Part shown: positions 38,657 through 47,933 of the stretch, one piece after another
Position numbering within the stretch: the stretch's first letter is position 1
Layout: the number at the start of each line of letters is the position of its first letter
DNA from: a virus
Reading direction: 5' to 3' (one strand)
DNA length: 64,000 nucleotides
IMG/VR virus record: IMGVR_UViG_3300027365_000009
Location: 32,001-96,000 of that record
Notes under the pieces: generated by a model
Database searches by the model: none
Seen by the model: the letters and a program-made list of their open reading frames with translations, nothing else
Told to the model about the DNA's origin: nothing
Program-made: the position numbers and the translations under genes

Positions 38657-39544
38657 TTAGGCCACTAATTCCAAAGCCGGCCGCCACCCGAAGTTGGTAT
38701 GCGTACCCGCCGCAGTATTGCGAGAGAAGTACGACACACCAATGTAGCCACGAGTGACGCGATTGCCGGTATTATCCCCATTCGTTTCCTGACACCAGCT
38801 GTAGCTGCCGTTACCGTGAGTGTACTCCACTAGCAGGTCGGCATCGCTGTAGCTGGCCCAGCTCGCAAACGGGTCAGCGTTAGGGTCTGAGTGAGTGGTG
38901 GGATTGGAGGTATTGGTATGCTGACCCGAATGAATCGGGTAGAACAATCGGTTCCATTCTGAGCCGTCACCAATCGAGACGTCGAAACCATACCATACCC
39001 CGTCAGGGCCTTGTACGGTGGGGTCGGATCCAGCCCCGCGCAGTAAGCGCACACGGTAGTCAAAGCCATCCACGGTCACCACCGCGTCTTGCAGGCGGGC
39101 GGTACTTGAGGGATTACTGCCGTTGGTGTCGTCGCCGTACACCGCGCCCGCCTGGTAAATGTGTTCCCAACTCACGGAATGACGAAACGTCAGTTTGGGT
39201 ACTAAGATCACTTGGCCATTACTGGCAAACTTTAACCAGTCACTGGTGCTGTGTTGACTGGTGCCAGCACTGAGACCAATCGCGGACGCTAGCGCGTCAC
39301 CGCTGATGAAATCCGTGCTGGCCACTTCCCCATAAAAGCCCCAGGTGGTGTCCCCACCGATGATCGACTGAGGCCCATGGCCCACAGGCTCATAAGCCTG
39401 CTGGCCGACGATTTCAAACCCACCCAGCGTACTGCCGTCATGAATACGCAGTCCTTTGGTTTCGCTATCAAACGACAGCTCCCCGGCGGGTAGCGTCAAC
39501 CCATTGTTTTCAGTACGGTTACCACGTAAAAACCGTGTACGCAT
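38657..39544 (-). CDS. Receptor-binding-like virion protein: Mtd-N-like N-terminus, CLec-like C-terminus
   Basis: GELSFDSETKGLRIHDGSTLGG; C-terminal SWCQE...RG...GWRPALEL. Confidence 0.7.
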   Translation of the reverse strand: MRTRFLRGNRTENNGLTLPAGELSFDSETKGLRIHDGSTLGGFEIVGQQAYEPVGHGPQSIIGGDTTWGFYGEVASTDFISGDALASAIGLSAGTSQHSTSDWLKFASNGQVILVPKLTFRHSVSWEHIYQAGAVYGDDTNGSNPSSTARLQDAVVTVDGFDYRVRLLRGAGSDPTVQGPDGVWYGFDVSIGDGSEWNRLFYPIHSGQHTNTSNPTTHSDPNADPFASWASYSDADLLVEYTHGNGSYSWCQETNGDNTGNRVTRGYIGVSYFSRNTAAGTHTNFGWRPALELVA

Positions 39545-39550
39545 CTGGTA

Positions 39551-39991
39551 TTACTCCTCATCTATGCGGTGGGATTCCATCCGCTTCATAAAATCACTAG
39601 AGGTCTCAGAAATCACGCCGATTTCCTCTTCCCCATCCACCAGTTCATGTTCCCCTAACTTCTCGGGATTGGCCTCGGGTACCGGTACGTGTTCCACACT
39701 TCCATCGGGATTGCGTTCAAACGGGTTGCGGTTCTGTTGCATCAGCACCATTTCCCGCATGGCCTCTGCCACTTCTTTGGAGCTATCCGCGTTACGTTCA
39801 TCAATGTTGTTCTTGCGATCATTGATGGCAGTGGTATCCATGTCCTTTAAGGCTTTCAGGACAATTTCAATGTCTTTCGGGTCATTGGGGATGGTCTCCT
39901 TGATGAAGTTATCCACCACCCGTTTGCGGATGTTTTGAGAATACGCTAACGTCTCCTCATATGACAGCCGGTCTTGGGCGTTATCGCTCAT
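39551..39991 (-). CDS. Conserved hypothetical protein
   Basis: 146 aa, AGGAG RBS. Confidence 0.65.
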   Translation of the reverse strand: MSDNAQDRLSYEETLAYSQNIRKRVVDNFIKETIPNDPKDIEIVLKALKDMDTTAINDRKNNIDERNADSSKEVAEAMREMVLMQQNRNPFERNPDGSVEHVPVPEANPEKLGEHELVDGEEEIGVISETSSDFMKRMESHRIDEE

Positions 39992-40052
39992 CCTGTCTCT
40001 CCTACTACCTAAATTTACCCACCACGTTGATGGTGTGATGAGTAGACGACGT

Positions 40053-40068
40053 TTGACATCTATATCAT
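40053..40068 (+). promoter_or_regulatory. Putative early promoter TTGACATCTATATCAT
   Basis: Hybrid of the two promoter variants. Confidence 0.55.
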
Positions 40069-40132
40069 TGCCACGATGCCCCTAAGACTGGGCGTTTGCT
40101 CCACTAACCCATTCCCATAAGGAGCCACCACC

Positions 40133-40645
40133 ATGTTCGGTCGTCATATGCGACTGCGCCGTTACCTGCGCCAATACGAGGCGTTATCACCCAGTGCCAC
40201 CGACAGTCAAAATGTCGCCACTCAGCTCGCCGCCTTTTGGAAGGGAGTTCGATTACGTGATGTGTTGTCCATGCCCAATGACGTTCGTGGCGTGGCCACG
40301 CTAACGGTATGGTTTCCCAATCTGGAACAGCTGGTCAAGGAGTTGAAGTTACACAACGATCTGATCGCCGAACAAGACGACGGTGGATTGGAGTCCCGTA
40401 ATCGGAAAACCATTCAAGAACGCACCACCGTGATCCTGGATTTCTACTTTGCGGATGCCAATCACTACCCTGTTGATGAAACCCACCTCTTAAGGCGCCT
40501 ACAAGGCCTCTTACAGGAGCATTCGTATTTAGTTGACCAGTATGAGGGGCATTACTACCAACGCCTCTCAGAGCGCTTCTACGACGATGTCATCGCCCTT
40601 ACCCAAACCCTACTCGACGCTAACCGACCCAAGGAGTCTCCGTAA
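40133..40645 (+). CDS. Hypothetical protein
   Basis: AAGGAG RBS. Confidence 0.7.
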   Translation: MFGRHMRLRRYLRQYEALSPSATDSQNVATQLAAFWKGVRLRDVLSMPNDVRGVATLTVWFPNLEQLVKELKLHNDLIAEQDDGGLESRNRKTIQERTTVILDFYFADANHYPVDETHLLRRLQGLLQEHSYLVDQYEGHYYQRLSERFYDDVIALTQTLLDANRPKESP

Positions 40646-40736
40646 CGCCTTATCGCCTACCCCACTACCCTGTGGTGTCATCAGACACCGGGCCTTGCCC
40701 ATTGACCGTTGGTCAACCATTAGAGAGAATACGACG

Positions 40737-41504
40737 ATGTCTAAGACCGTAAAAGAGCTGCTGAGTGACCCTTTAAAGGGGACGAACCGCGCTCACGGGA
40801 TACTTTGCTATCTCTTCCGTCATGTCCTGCTGTGGCGAAAGGTGAATCAGTTCGCCTGGGACAAACGAGCGAAACTCTTCTTTGACAAGCCCCACAACAA
40901 GAACAACCAAGATAAAGGGAACTTGAATAAGGCATTAGTGCATGACGAGTTTACCTGGGCGACGTTTAAAGAAGCCATCGATTTTCTAAACCCAGTGTCA
41001 GCGACCCTGACAATTCAGCTGACCTGGAAAAGCGGACGGATATCACGCTACACTGTCGTGATCGATCCTGCCGAAGACGAGTCTGATCCTGAAGTCAATA
41101 CGTTTGACATGCAAGAAGGAGAAGGCAGTGATGTCTTTGCGAATAAGAAGAAGCCGACCAGTACCTTGGCTCGCCTTTTTCGTAAGATCGTCGCGGAAGA
41201 AGACATCAACGCCACACAGTGGGCGGCATTACTGGAAGCTTATGCGCGTAATCCTGTGAATGGGATTGCCCAGAACAGTCGGGAAATCAATCAAGCGATT
41301 TCCGGTCTCCAGCGCATGTTGCTCTCCCCCCGCATGTCATGGGGGACGTTCCGTAAGGGGCTTCTGGTCCTTGGGCCGAAACAAGAAGACTACATCCTTG
41401 AGATGCGGTGGTCCAAGAAACCCGGAGACGTCACCACCCATGTGGTCACCCTACGTGATCCGCTCACGATGGTACCCCCACCGCTGGAATCGGACTCCGA
41501 ATAA
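40737..41504 (+). CDS. Hypothetical protein with internally duplicated domain
   Basis: L..LFR...M/F.W..F.. occurs twice; likely start MSKTVK. Confidence 0.65.
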   Translation: MSKTVKELLSDPLKGTNRAHGILCYLFRHVLLWRKVNQFAWDKRAKLFFDKPHNKNNQDKGNLNKALVHDEFTWATFKEAIDFLNPVSATLTIQLTWKSGRISRYTVVIDPAEDESDPEVNTFDMQEGEGSDVFANKKKPTSTLARLFRKIVAEEDINATQWAALLEAYARNPVNGIAQNSREINQAISGLQRMLLSPRMSWGTFRKGLLVLGPKQEDYILEMRWSKKPGDVTTHVVTLRDPLTMVPPPLESDSE

Positions 41505-41523
41505 TCAACACTAAGGAAACGGC

Positions 41524-41988
41524 ATGTCGCAGGTAGCTTTCACCTATAACGACGTCACCTCACGCGATGGGGTGGCACACATCAATATCGGCAGTCTGGC
41601 GAAGACCGCCCTGGGGCGGCACCTGGGGTACTACCACGCCAGTCCCAAGTCCACCATCGATGGACAATCGTTCTCTCTGTACGCGGGGTTCTATTACTAC
41701 CTGATCACAGAAGGGGACAATCGGCGTTTTCTCACGGCCACCACACGACAGGAGCTGGGGGCGAAACGGAAATACCGGTGGGAGAACGTGCCAGGTATTG
41801 AGACACACCTCGAAAGTGTGCTGAGCTACAACCTACGGCAGTCGCCCATGGCGATACCGTTAATCATCCGACATCCCTTACCCCTAGTGTGGGAGGAGCC
41901 CGACCGCGCCCTGACGAACGCTGAGAAGCGGTGGTTACGGGTGGTACAACGCACGGTGGACCGTTTGCGGTTTGAACACACCCAGTGA
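41524..41988 (+). CDS. Hypothetical protein, possibly divergent NADAR-like
   Basis: HINIGS.AKT.LGR.L...F.....GFYYYL. Confidence 0.45.
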   Translation: MSQVAFTYNDVTSRDGVAHINIGSLAKTALGRHLGYYHASPKSTIDGQSFSLYAGFYYYLITEGDNRRFLTATTRQELGAKRKYRWENVPGIETHLESVLSYNLRQSPMAIPLIIRHPLPLVWEEPDRALTNAEKRWLRVVQRTVDRLRFEHTQ

Positions 41989-41998
41989 CGGCAGACGA

Positions 41999-42039
41999 CC
42001 CTCCCTACGGGGAGGGCGTTTATCTCGTCTTTTTTTTTT
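41999..42039 (+). terminator. Terminator
   Basis: CCCTCCCT-ACG-GGGAGGG plus T-run. Confidence 0.75.
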
Positions 42040-42078
42040 GTCCCCGATCTTATAGTTCACCCATCAAAGGATTCTCTC

Positions 42079-43059
42079 ATGTCACGTATTGCCAATCCTG
42101 TTTTTAACGGCTCTCCCTTAGATGACCTTCAAGCTGTTGATGTCTACAATGAAGTTGCTGATAGTGTCCGTAATAGCTTCACCACACAGTTTTCTGCCTT
42201 TGGTCAATCCCTCCAAGATAGCCTCGGACAACTGACCGGCGGTCTTGGAAACCTCCGTGGTGACTTAAAAGGGGGACTCGCCGATACCCGAGAAGCCACC
42301 CAGCGTATCCGCGATGCGCTACGAGGTGCTAAGGGCGATCTAGATAAGTTACGCGATAATTTGAAAACTAATATCATCGCATCCACCGGCATCGACGTTG
42401 AGGGCCTAAAAGAACTCAAGGTGACGGTTGAGGGGGAAATTAAACGCTTTAAAACAGCAGACCTGGGAAGTGCTAAAGGCGTCATGTCCCTTGCTCGTGA
42501 CCTCACCGGCAGTGACCTATTTGACGTCGTGGATTTTGGTGCTGAAGTGGGACTTTTCCGTGGGGTGCTGGAAGAAATCTCGGCGTGGGGAGTACCAGAG
42601 CTCATTGATGAGGTCTTAGGTAATATTGATGACCCTGCCATGCGCCGCCGGGTAGTCCAGGAAAGTACCGGTGTCCTGAGCACCAATGGGGATATTGATA
42701 GCATTGAAGCTATCCTCAATCAGGTAGGTGCGGCTCCCTTAACGGCGGGTCGCCCTGACTTCCCCAAGCAGGTCTTACAACGTTATAAGTTCAAGAAGGG
42801 GACCACACCAGCGGATTACCCCGCACGGTTAACCCAACTGACGGGGGTCATGAATCGCCTTCAGTTTGATTGGCTCTGGACGCAACGAGGTGGGGAGGCA
42901 GTATGGAACTTGAGTTTGATCCAACATGCCAGTGACGACGCCCGTACGTTGTTTCTGTCCACTGAAGAGTACCGCACACCAATGTTAATCGCGGGACACT
43001 ATACGTCAGTGCCCGTGACTACATTAATGCGTGAGACCTATCCAGGTATTGCAGTGTGA
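42079..43059 (+). CDS. Virion structural protein (gp174-like position)
   Basis: 326 aa; convergent with the protease gene. Confidence 0.55.
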   Translation: MSRIANPVFNGSPLDDLQAVDVYNEVADSVRNSFTTQFSAFGQSLQDSLGQLTGGLGNLRGDLKGGLADTREATQRIRDALRGAKGDLDKLRDNLKTNIIASTGIDVEGLKELKVTVEGEIKRFKTADLGSAKGVMSLARDLTGSDLFDVVDFGAEVGLFRGVLEEISAWGVPELIDEVLGNIDDPAMRRRVVQESTGVLSTNGDIDSIEAILNQVGAAPLTAGRPDFPKQVLQRYKFKKGTTPADYPARLTQLTGVMNRLQFDWLWTQRGGEAVWNLSLIQHASDDARTLFLSTEEYRTPMLIAGHYTSVPVTTLMRETYPGIAV

Positions 43060-43060
43060 C

Positions 43061-43088
43061 AAAAAAAAAAGCCTCCCCGAAGGGAGGC
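43061..43088 (-). terminator. Terminator
   Basis: A10 followed by the GCCTCCC/GGGAGGC stem. Confidence 0.8.
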
Positions 43089-43098
43089 GTTTCTGCCA

Positions 43099-43863
43099 TC
43101 ACCATCCCAAGTACGCCGGGGTCGACGCTTTTTCGGTGGTCTTCTCCCACCCTAAATCACGGGCCAGAGTTTCATAATCCACTTGAGCCGATTCCATCCC
43201 TGATGCCATCTGAGCCTTTTGTTCTTCGGCCAGGCCCCACAGCATGGTTGGGGTGAGTTCGACCTCTGAGAAGGACTCTAACGCCGGAGAGTAATACTTA
43301 TTGGCGTTATAGATACCGCCTTCGTTGACAAAGTCCCAGGTCACGATATCGCGGGTGTACTTTACGCCGCGCATCATGTCATCCACGGTGAGACTGCGCA
43401 CTGAGAAGTAGACGTTCTCGTGAGGATTATCTAACGCGTCCTTCAGGACTTGGCCATAAGGACCCGAGGGACGTACCTCACCGATGACCACAGTGACAGG
43501 ACGCCCTTTATCGTCCTTCTGGCCCGGTTCAAGACGCAGGTTACGGATATGGAACGCCACCCGATCGGAATCGATCTGGCGAATCCGTCCAATAAAGGCT
43601 TGGTCAGATTGCCCTGCCTGTTTCTCCGGGTGTTTGTACTCACCGCGCAGTACCCCCTTCTCCAACATCCGTATCAGGGGTGAGCCCTGTTGGAAGAACG
43701 GTACTGCCGATTGCAGGTCATAGAACATCCCGGCGCTGTTATACGCCCCATAGGCGCCTAACACGACAGTGTAATACCCATCCTCATCAGGGGTCAGTAC
43801 CCCTTTCTTTTGGGTGCCCATGAGCATGGTACAGCCCATACTCACACTACGTTTCGGTTGCAT
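43099..43863 (-). CDS. Prohead (head maturation) protease, phiKZ gp175-like
   Basis: LRGEYKHP (His), FSVRS (Ser), TWDFVNEGGI and C-terminal ALES self-cleavage site. Confidence 0.88.
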   Translation of the reverse strand: MQPKRSVSMGCTMLMGTQKKGVLTPDEDGYYTVVLGAYGAYNSAGMFYDLQSAVPFFQQGSPLIRMLEKGVLRGEYKHPEKQAGQSDQAFIGRIRQIDSDRVAFHIRNLRLEPGQKDDKGRPVTVVIGEVRPSGPYGQVLKDALDNPHENVYFSVRSLTVDDMMRGVKYTRDIVTWDFVNEGGIYNANKYYSPALESFSEVELTPTMLWGLAEEQKAQMASGMESAQVDYETLARDLGWEKTTEKASTPAYLGW

Positions 43864-43872
43864 GTTTCTCTC

Positions 43873-44589
43873 CTACGTCCTCAATAACTGTTCGATCCGC
43901 TCCACTCGCTCACTGGGATTCACCAACGCTGAAGTCACACCATCGCTAAAGTACGCACCAATTAATTTACTGGTAGTATCGCTCGTATTATAGATCACGC
44001 TTCGGAAGGGCACGACCTTAGGGGCAAGTCGGTATACGTCCTCAACCTTCTTAATGGCGTGACGGTACAACCGTGTGATCTCTTTAGGGTCGCGGGCAAT
44101 GGTAGAGATGATCAACTCCAACACCGCCGGGTTCCCCAAGTTCATCCCTGCGTGTTCTTTTGCCGTTTCAAACAACTTGGCCATATCAAAGTAGTTCATG
44201 AACCACGGGATACGGCCCTTGGCTACAAACTCATCGTAGATATAGTAAGTTAAGGTGTTGTTCTGGACGAGGTCGGTGGAGTCAAACACCCGATCCCCTG
44301 CCTGGAAGTGGAACTCCAGGTAGTTCTCTTCTTCGATCTCTACGGTCTCGGTGCTGGCCGGGTTGATGCGCATCATCGCGTTGGTCAGGGATACCGCGTA
44401 ATCCTGATCCACGATAATGGCAAAGATGCCGAGGATATACACCTCGGCACCAATGCTGGCCAACTGACGATTCAGGTACCGCTCGGGTACCTGAATCTTA
44501 CACGGTTTCGTCGTGACAATCCCGCCGTCCGACGTCTCCTTCAGGACCGCATTGACCGCCTCAGCATTACGCCGGTACGGTGTCGTCAT
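43873..44589 (-). CDS. Conserved virion protein (gp176-like)
   Basis: KGRIPWFMNY and KLIGAYF motifs; synteny. Confidence 0.65.
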   Translation of the reverse strand: MTTPYRRNAEAVNAVLKETSDGGIVTTKPCKIQVPERYLNRQLASIGAEVYILGIFAIIVDQDYAVSLTNAMMRINPASTETVEIEEENYLEFHFQAGDRVFDSTDLVQNNTLTYYIYDEFVAKGRIPWFMNYFDMAKLFETAKEHAGMNLGNPAVLELIISTIARDPKEITRLYRHAIKKVEDVYRLAPKVVPFRSVIYNTSDTTSKLIGAYFSDGVTSALVNPSERVERIEQLLRT

Positions 44590-46210
44590 GCGTCTCGCTC
44601 TCCTCAGCCTTTTCCTCATCGTCAGTGGTGACGTCCGCTTCTTCTTCGCTCACGTCCTCACCACGCTCGGGCTCTTGCGCCGGGTTCTCCGCTTCGTGTT
44701 CAGTGACGACTTCACTGTCAGCCACTTCACGAATATCCGGGGTAAACGGCTCACTGCGAATCTGCTTAGCCAGCCACTGGGCGGTCATCTCGACGGTGGC
44801 GAGAGTTGCCAGCTCACGTGCCGGGATGTCCCCATGAACCTTTGCCATCCGATCCATGGCGGTAAGGAACTCTTCATAAGGCGTATTGGGGTAATACACA
44901 CGACACACCAGACGTACGATAGTCCGCCACGGGTCATCAAAGTGCTCCTCCCGCAGGGCCTTGAGTTCTTTACTTGCCCGCTCGACCAGTTCGTTATACC
45001 CAATCGAAGGCAGGGCTCCAGACAACTCATCGTTCTGATCGTTCAGGTTGGGAGCATCCACCAGCAACATGCGCAGGTTGTCCCGACGCTTCTTCAGGAA
45101 ACGGTCCATCGCTGTCTGACGGATCAGGTGATGACGGCGCTTCCAACGACGCACCAGTTCTTCACGGGCCTCTTCGAGGTCCTTGGCGTGCATGCGGGTC
45201 GGCGCTTCAACAGCCGCCCCCAGCAGTACTTCGATATCCCCACCCTGTTCGAGCCAGTCGGTGTAGATATCGCCGTTAACATGCACGGTAATCATGTCAT
45301 TGCCGTACCGGGCATCACGCTCGACGTCGTAGCGGAACACCACCCGCTCACGTTCCCGTGCCTTGGCGCGAAACTCGTACGCCTGACACAGCAGGGCACC
45401 CATCAGGCTGTGCAGCTGACTCATGCCATGGTGCCATTCGTCGATGGACACCGACTCACCCGCCACGTCCTGCGGCTCTTTACAGAGGTACGCGGTCAGC
45501 AGATAGGCGATCAAGATTTGGTCCAGACAAAACGGCAGGTTACCCCGTGACGCAAACGAAATATCGCTCAGGGTGATTTCCCGACGATGACCAAACAGCA
45601 GATCCCAAACGGCACCGATTTCAAACTCATGGTCCTCTCGCGCCAGCAACCATTCGGTGGTGGTCTTGGCATCAACATGTTTGTTGTCGGCAATCCATTC
45701 CACCAGGGTCTCAACGGAAGGACGATCGATAATGAATGACCGATAACTTTCCTTGGGGCGCTGGTTACAATAGCCTTCCAGGATATGTGTGGTCAGCGTC
45801 GGATCATTGTGGATCTCATGGAAGACAAACGGTTTAACTTCCAGCTTGGGGACGCGCTGGTGGTCGCCAATGGTGTCGTAGTCTTCCTTCATGCGTTTAC
45901 AGACCGGCACCACCACACCACGCACCTGAGTCAGCATGCGCTTCAGGCCCTGGGCCATCAGGTCAGTGAGTTGGTCGAACTCTTCCTCGTTGCCTTCTGA
46001 GGTGGTCTGGTTGGCCTTTTCGATCAAGGTGTTGATCTTCTGGCCCCGCTCACGTGTGAACGGGCAGTAATCGGCATCCACCGCGGTGCGAATCTGAGAA
46101 GCCATCACCCCCACCGGGTAATGGTCAGATTTCGGAGTCAGGACCAGGCGGTTGTCGGTCAGTGCTGCCGCTACTGAGCTGACCACCGGGATCGTGGGTC
46201 GCTTTAACAT
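44567..46210 (-). CDS. Conserved protein (gp177-like)
   Basis: 547 aa; synteny. Confidence 0.65.
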   Translation of the reverse strand: MLKRPTIPVVSSVAAALTDNRLVLTPKSDHYPVGVMASQIRTAVDADYCPFTRERGQKINTLIEKANQTTSEGNEEEFDQLTDLMAQGLKRMLTQVRGVVVPVCKRMKEDYDTIGDHQRVPKLEVKPFVFHEIHNDPTLTTHILEGYCNQRPKESYRSFIIDRPSVETLVEWIADNKHVDAKTTTEWLLAREDHEFEIGAVWDLLFGHRREITLSDISFASRGNLPFCLDQILIAYLLTAYLCKEPQDVAGESVSIDEWHHGMSQLHSLMGALLCQAYEFRAKARERERVVFRYDVERDARYGNDMITVHVNGDIYTDWLEQGGDIEVLLGAAVEAPTRMHAKDLEEAREELVRRWKRRHHLIRQTAMDRFLKKRRDNLRMLLVDAPNLNDQNDELSGALPSIGYNELVERASKELKALREEHFDDPWRTIVRLVCRVYYPNTPYEEFLTAMDRMAKVHGDIPARELATLATVEMTAQWLAKQIRSEPFTPDIREVADSEVVTEHEAENPAQEPERGEDVSEEEADVTTDDEEKAEESETHDDTVPA

Positions 46211-46222
46211 GGTATTCTCTCC

Positions 46223-46423
46223 TTAGGCGCCCAGGATCTTACCCAGACGGCTGGCCAGAAGTTCTTGGATATCACGGGTTTCTTGGGTCTCTCCATTGAT
46301 CTGGGTGGAAGTTTCCTCCCCACCCAGAACTTTCTGAAGAGCTCCCTCACCCAGGGCAACCGCGCCAGCCAGCACGGTTACGTTTTCTGCGTATGCCTTA
46401 TTCGGGCTTTGGGGCTTGGCCAT
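46223..46423 (-). CDS. Small hypothetical protein
   Basis: GGAG RBS; overlaps the end of the RNAP beta gene. Confidence 0.6.
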   Translation of the reverse strand: MAKPQSPNKAYAENVTVLAGAVALGEGALQKVLGGEETSTQINGETQETRDIQELLASRLGKILGA

Positions 46424-46634
46424 CTTTCTCTCCTCGATAAACCGCCGCTACATGTTGGGATAGGCTCCGGAGAAGCCGGTTGGTGGTCCCCATCAGTTTG
46501 GGTGACAATACCATCCGGTCTTCGATACTGGTGTTACCGAATATGGCGTCCAGGGGCTGACCTGATTCAGTACGGTTCTCACCTGACATGACACGAGACA
46601 CCACAGTCTTCATCTGGTTGGCAAAGACGAATTT
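46398..46634 (-). CDS. Virion RNAP beta subunit (gp178-like), exon 3
   Basis: KFVFANQMKTV completes the GD|K motif after splicing. Confidence 0.88.
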   Translation of the reverse strand, partial: KFVFANQMKTVVSRVMSGENRTESGQPLDAIFGNTSIEDRMVLSPKLMGTTNRLLRSLSQHVAAVYRGEKDGQAPKPE

Positions 46635-47012
46635 CTACTGCTTTCATATGGCATCGTTACTACCATACCGTCCCGTCGTTGTATATCCAACGATGGACTG
46701 CTCCAGGCTTTCCCTGGACGTAAAGACTATATCTTCTCCTTCAGCATGACCTGGTCAGGAGGCTCCCATTTCGAGGTCACTTGACCCCTACACCGTGGTA
46801 AACGGTTAGTCGTTGAACGTTCCCCGTGGGGTCCTTTAGGACCCGGTAGGGGCTTCGCTGCTGATTGCCCAATCCTTCTACTTGTCAAGCCGTCAACACC
46901 TGCTTTCGCGGTGCTTGTGGCAAGAAGGCTCTAAGGGGTTCCCAGCAATTAGAGAGCATTCACTTAACCCTTTCGGATTAAGCGGACTGTGTTACTGCAC
47001 TCGGCAGTCACA
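46635..47012 (-). mobile_element. Group I intron, 378 nt, no ORF
   Basis: P AATTGCTGGGAA, Q AATCAGCAGC, R GTTCAACGACTA, S AAGATATAGTC; P1 GAUUGUG/CACAGUC with U-G at the splice site; terminal G. Confidence 0.9.
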
Positions 47013-47933
47013 ATCACCAACCCCCGCAGGGATGTCGTGGTCAATGTACACCTGAATGGCCAGGGTATCCGGATCAAGCGCATTACCTTCCACACGGAAA
47101 CTGGTATCGACTTCCCCGGTAAAGGGAGGTTGACCCAATTGTTTCGCACGCTTCTTGCGTTGCTTGTCCGACCATCCCGCCAGTTCTTGGAGGGATTCTG
47201 AGAGGTCCTCAAATTCCCCGTGGTAGAAACACTCCACACGACTGACCGTACCGACCACCTTCGCTCGGGGTGTCATCGCTGACAGACGCCGTAACGTATC
47301 GAGTGCGGCGTCGTCAAATAACGGATTCTCGGCAGTCTCCGGATCTTCAATCGTACATAAGATTGTCTCGAGGTCAACGTGATCACCCTCTTTAACGAGA
47401 CCTGAGACACTTTGGTCGAACTTCACCTGAATAGTTCGTACCTCCGTGGTCTGGGTGGTCATCTTTTTGGCCATGGCCTCAGAGATCACCGAGCCATCTT
47501 CCAGCGTGTCAATGTTGTCGATCAATGCAGTACGACAAAGGGCTCCCGGCTTTAACGTCACCTGACCAGGATTGAACACATCGGGGGTGAAGTACTTTCG
47601 GTTATAGGCAATGACATCGCCTTGGTTAACCTTATCCCCTTTCTTGAAGTCAGTGACGACCTCGTGCGGGTAAGTTACCCCGGCCGCTTTACCGTAGCGC
47701 TTCCCCAACTCGACCTTCTTGACACTTCCATCTGTATACGTCACGGTAATGGCGGTCTTGGTAACATCAGTGACCTTACCATCGGCCTCCGCCGTGGCCG
47801 CAAACAGATCCGTCATTCGGTGCGGAATGACCTGTTCATAGCCTGTCCGGAGTGGAATCGGCTCATACCCATCAGCATACACACTCTGTTGATTCTGGAT
47901 AGCGACAAAATTTATTCTTTTTGCATCGTCATG
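47013..47933 (-). CDS. Virion RNAP beta subunit, exon 2
   Basis: HDDAKRINF..Q, PLRTGYE, EDGSVIS, GVGD. Confidence 0.9.

Noticed and set aside
38657-38815. Complete DGR in this window
   Set aside because: No reverse transcriptase, Avd or template repeat seen; kept only as a candidate target
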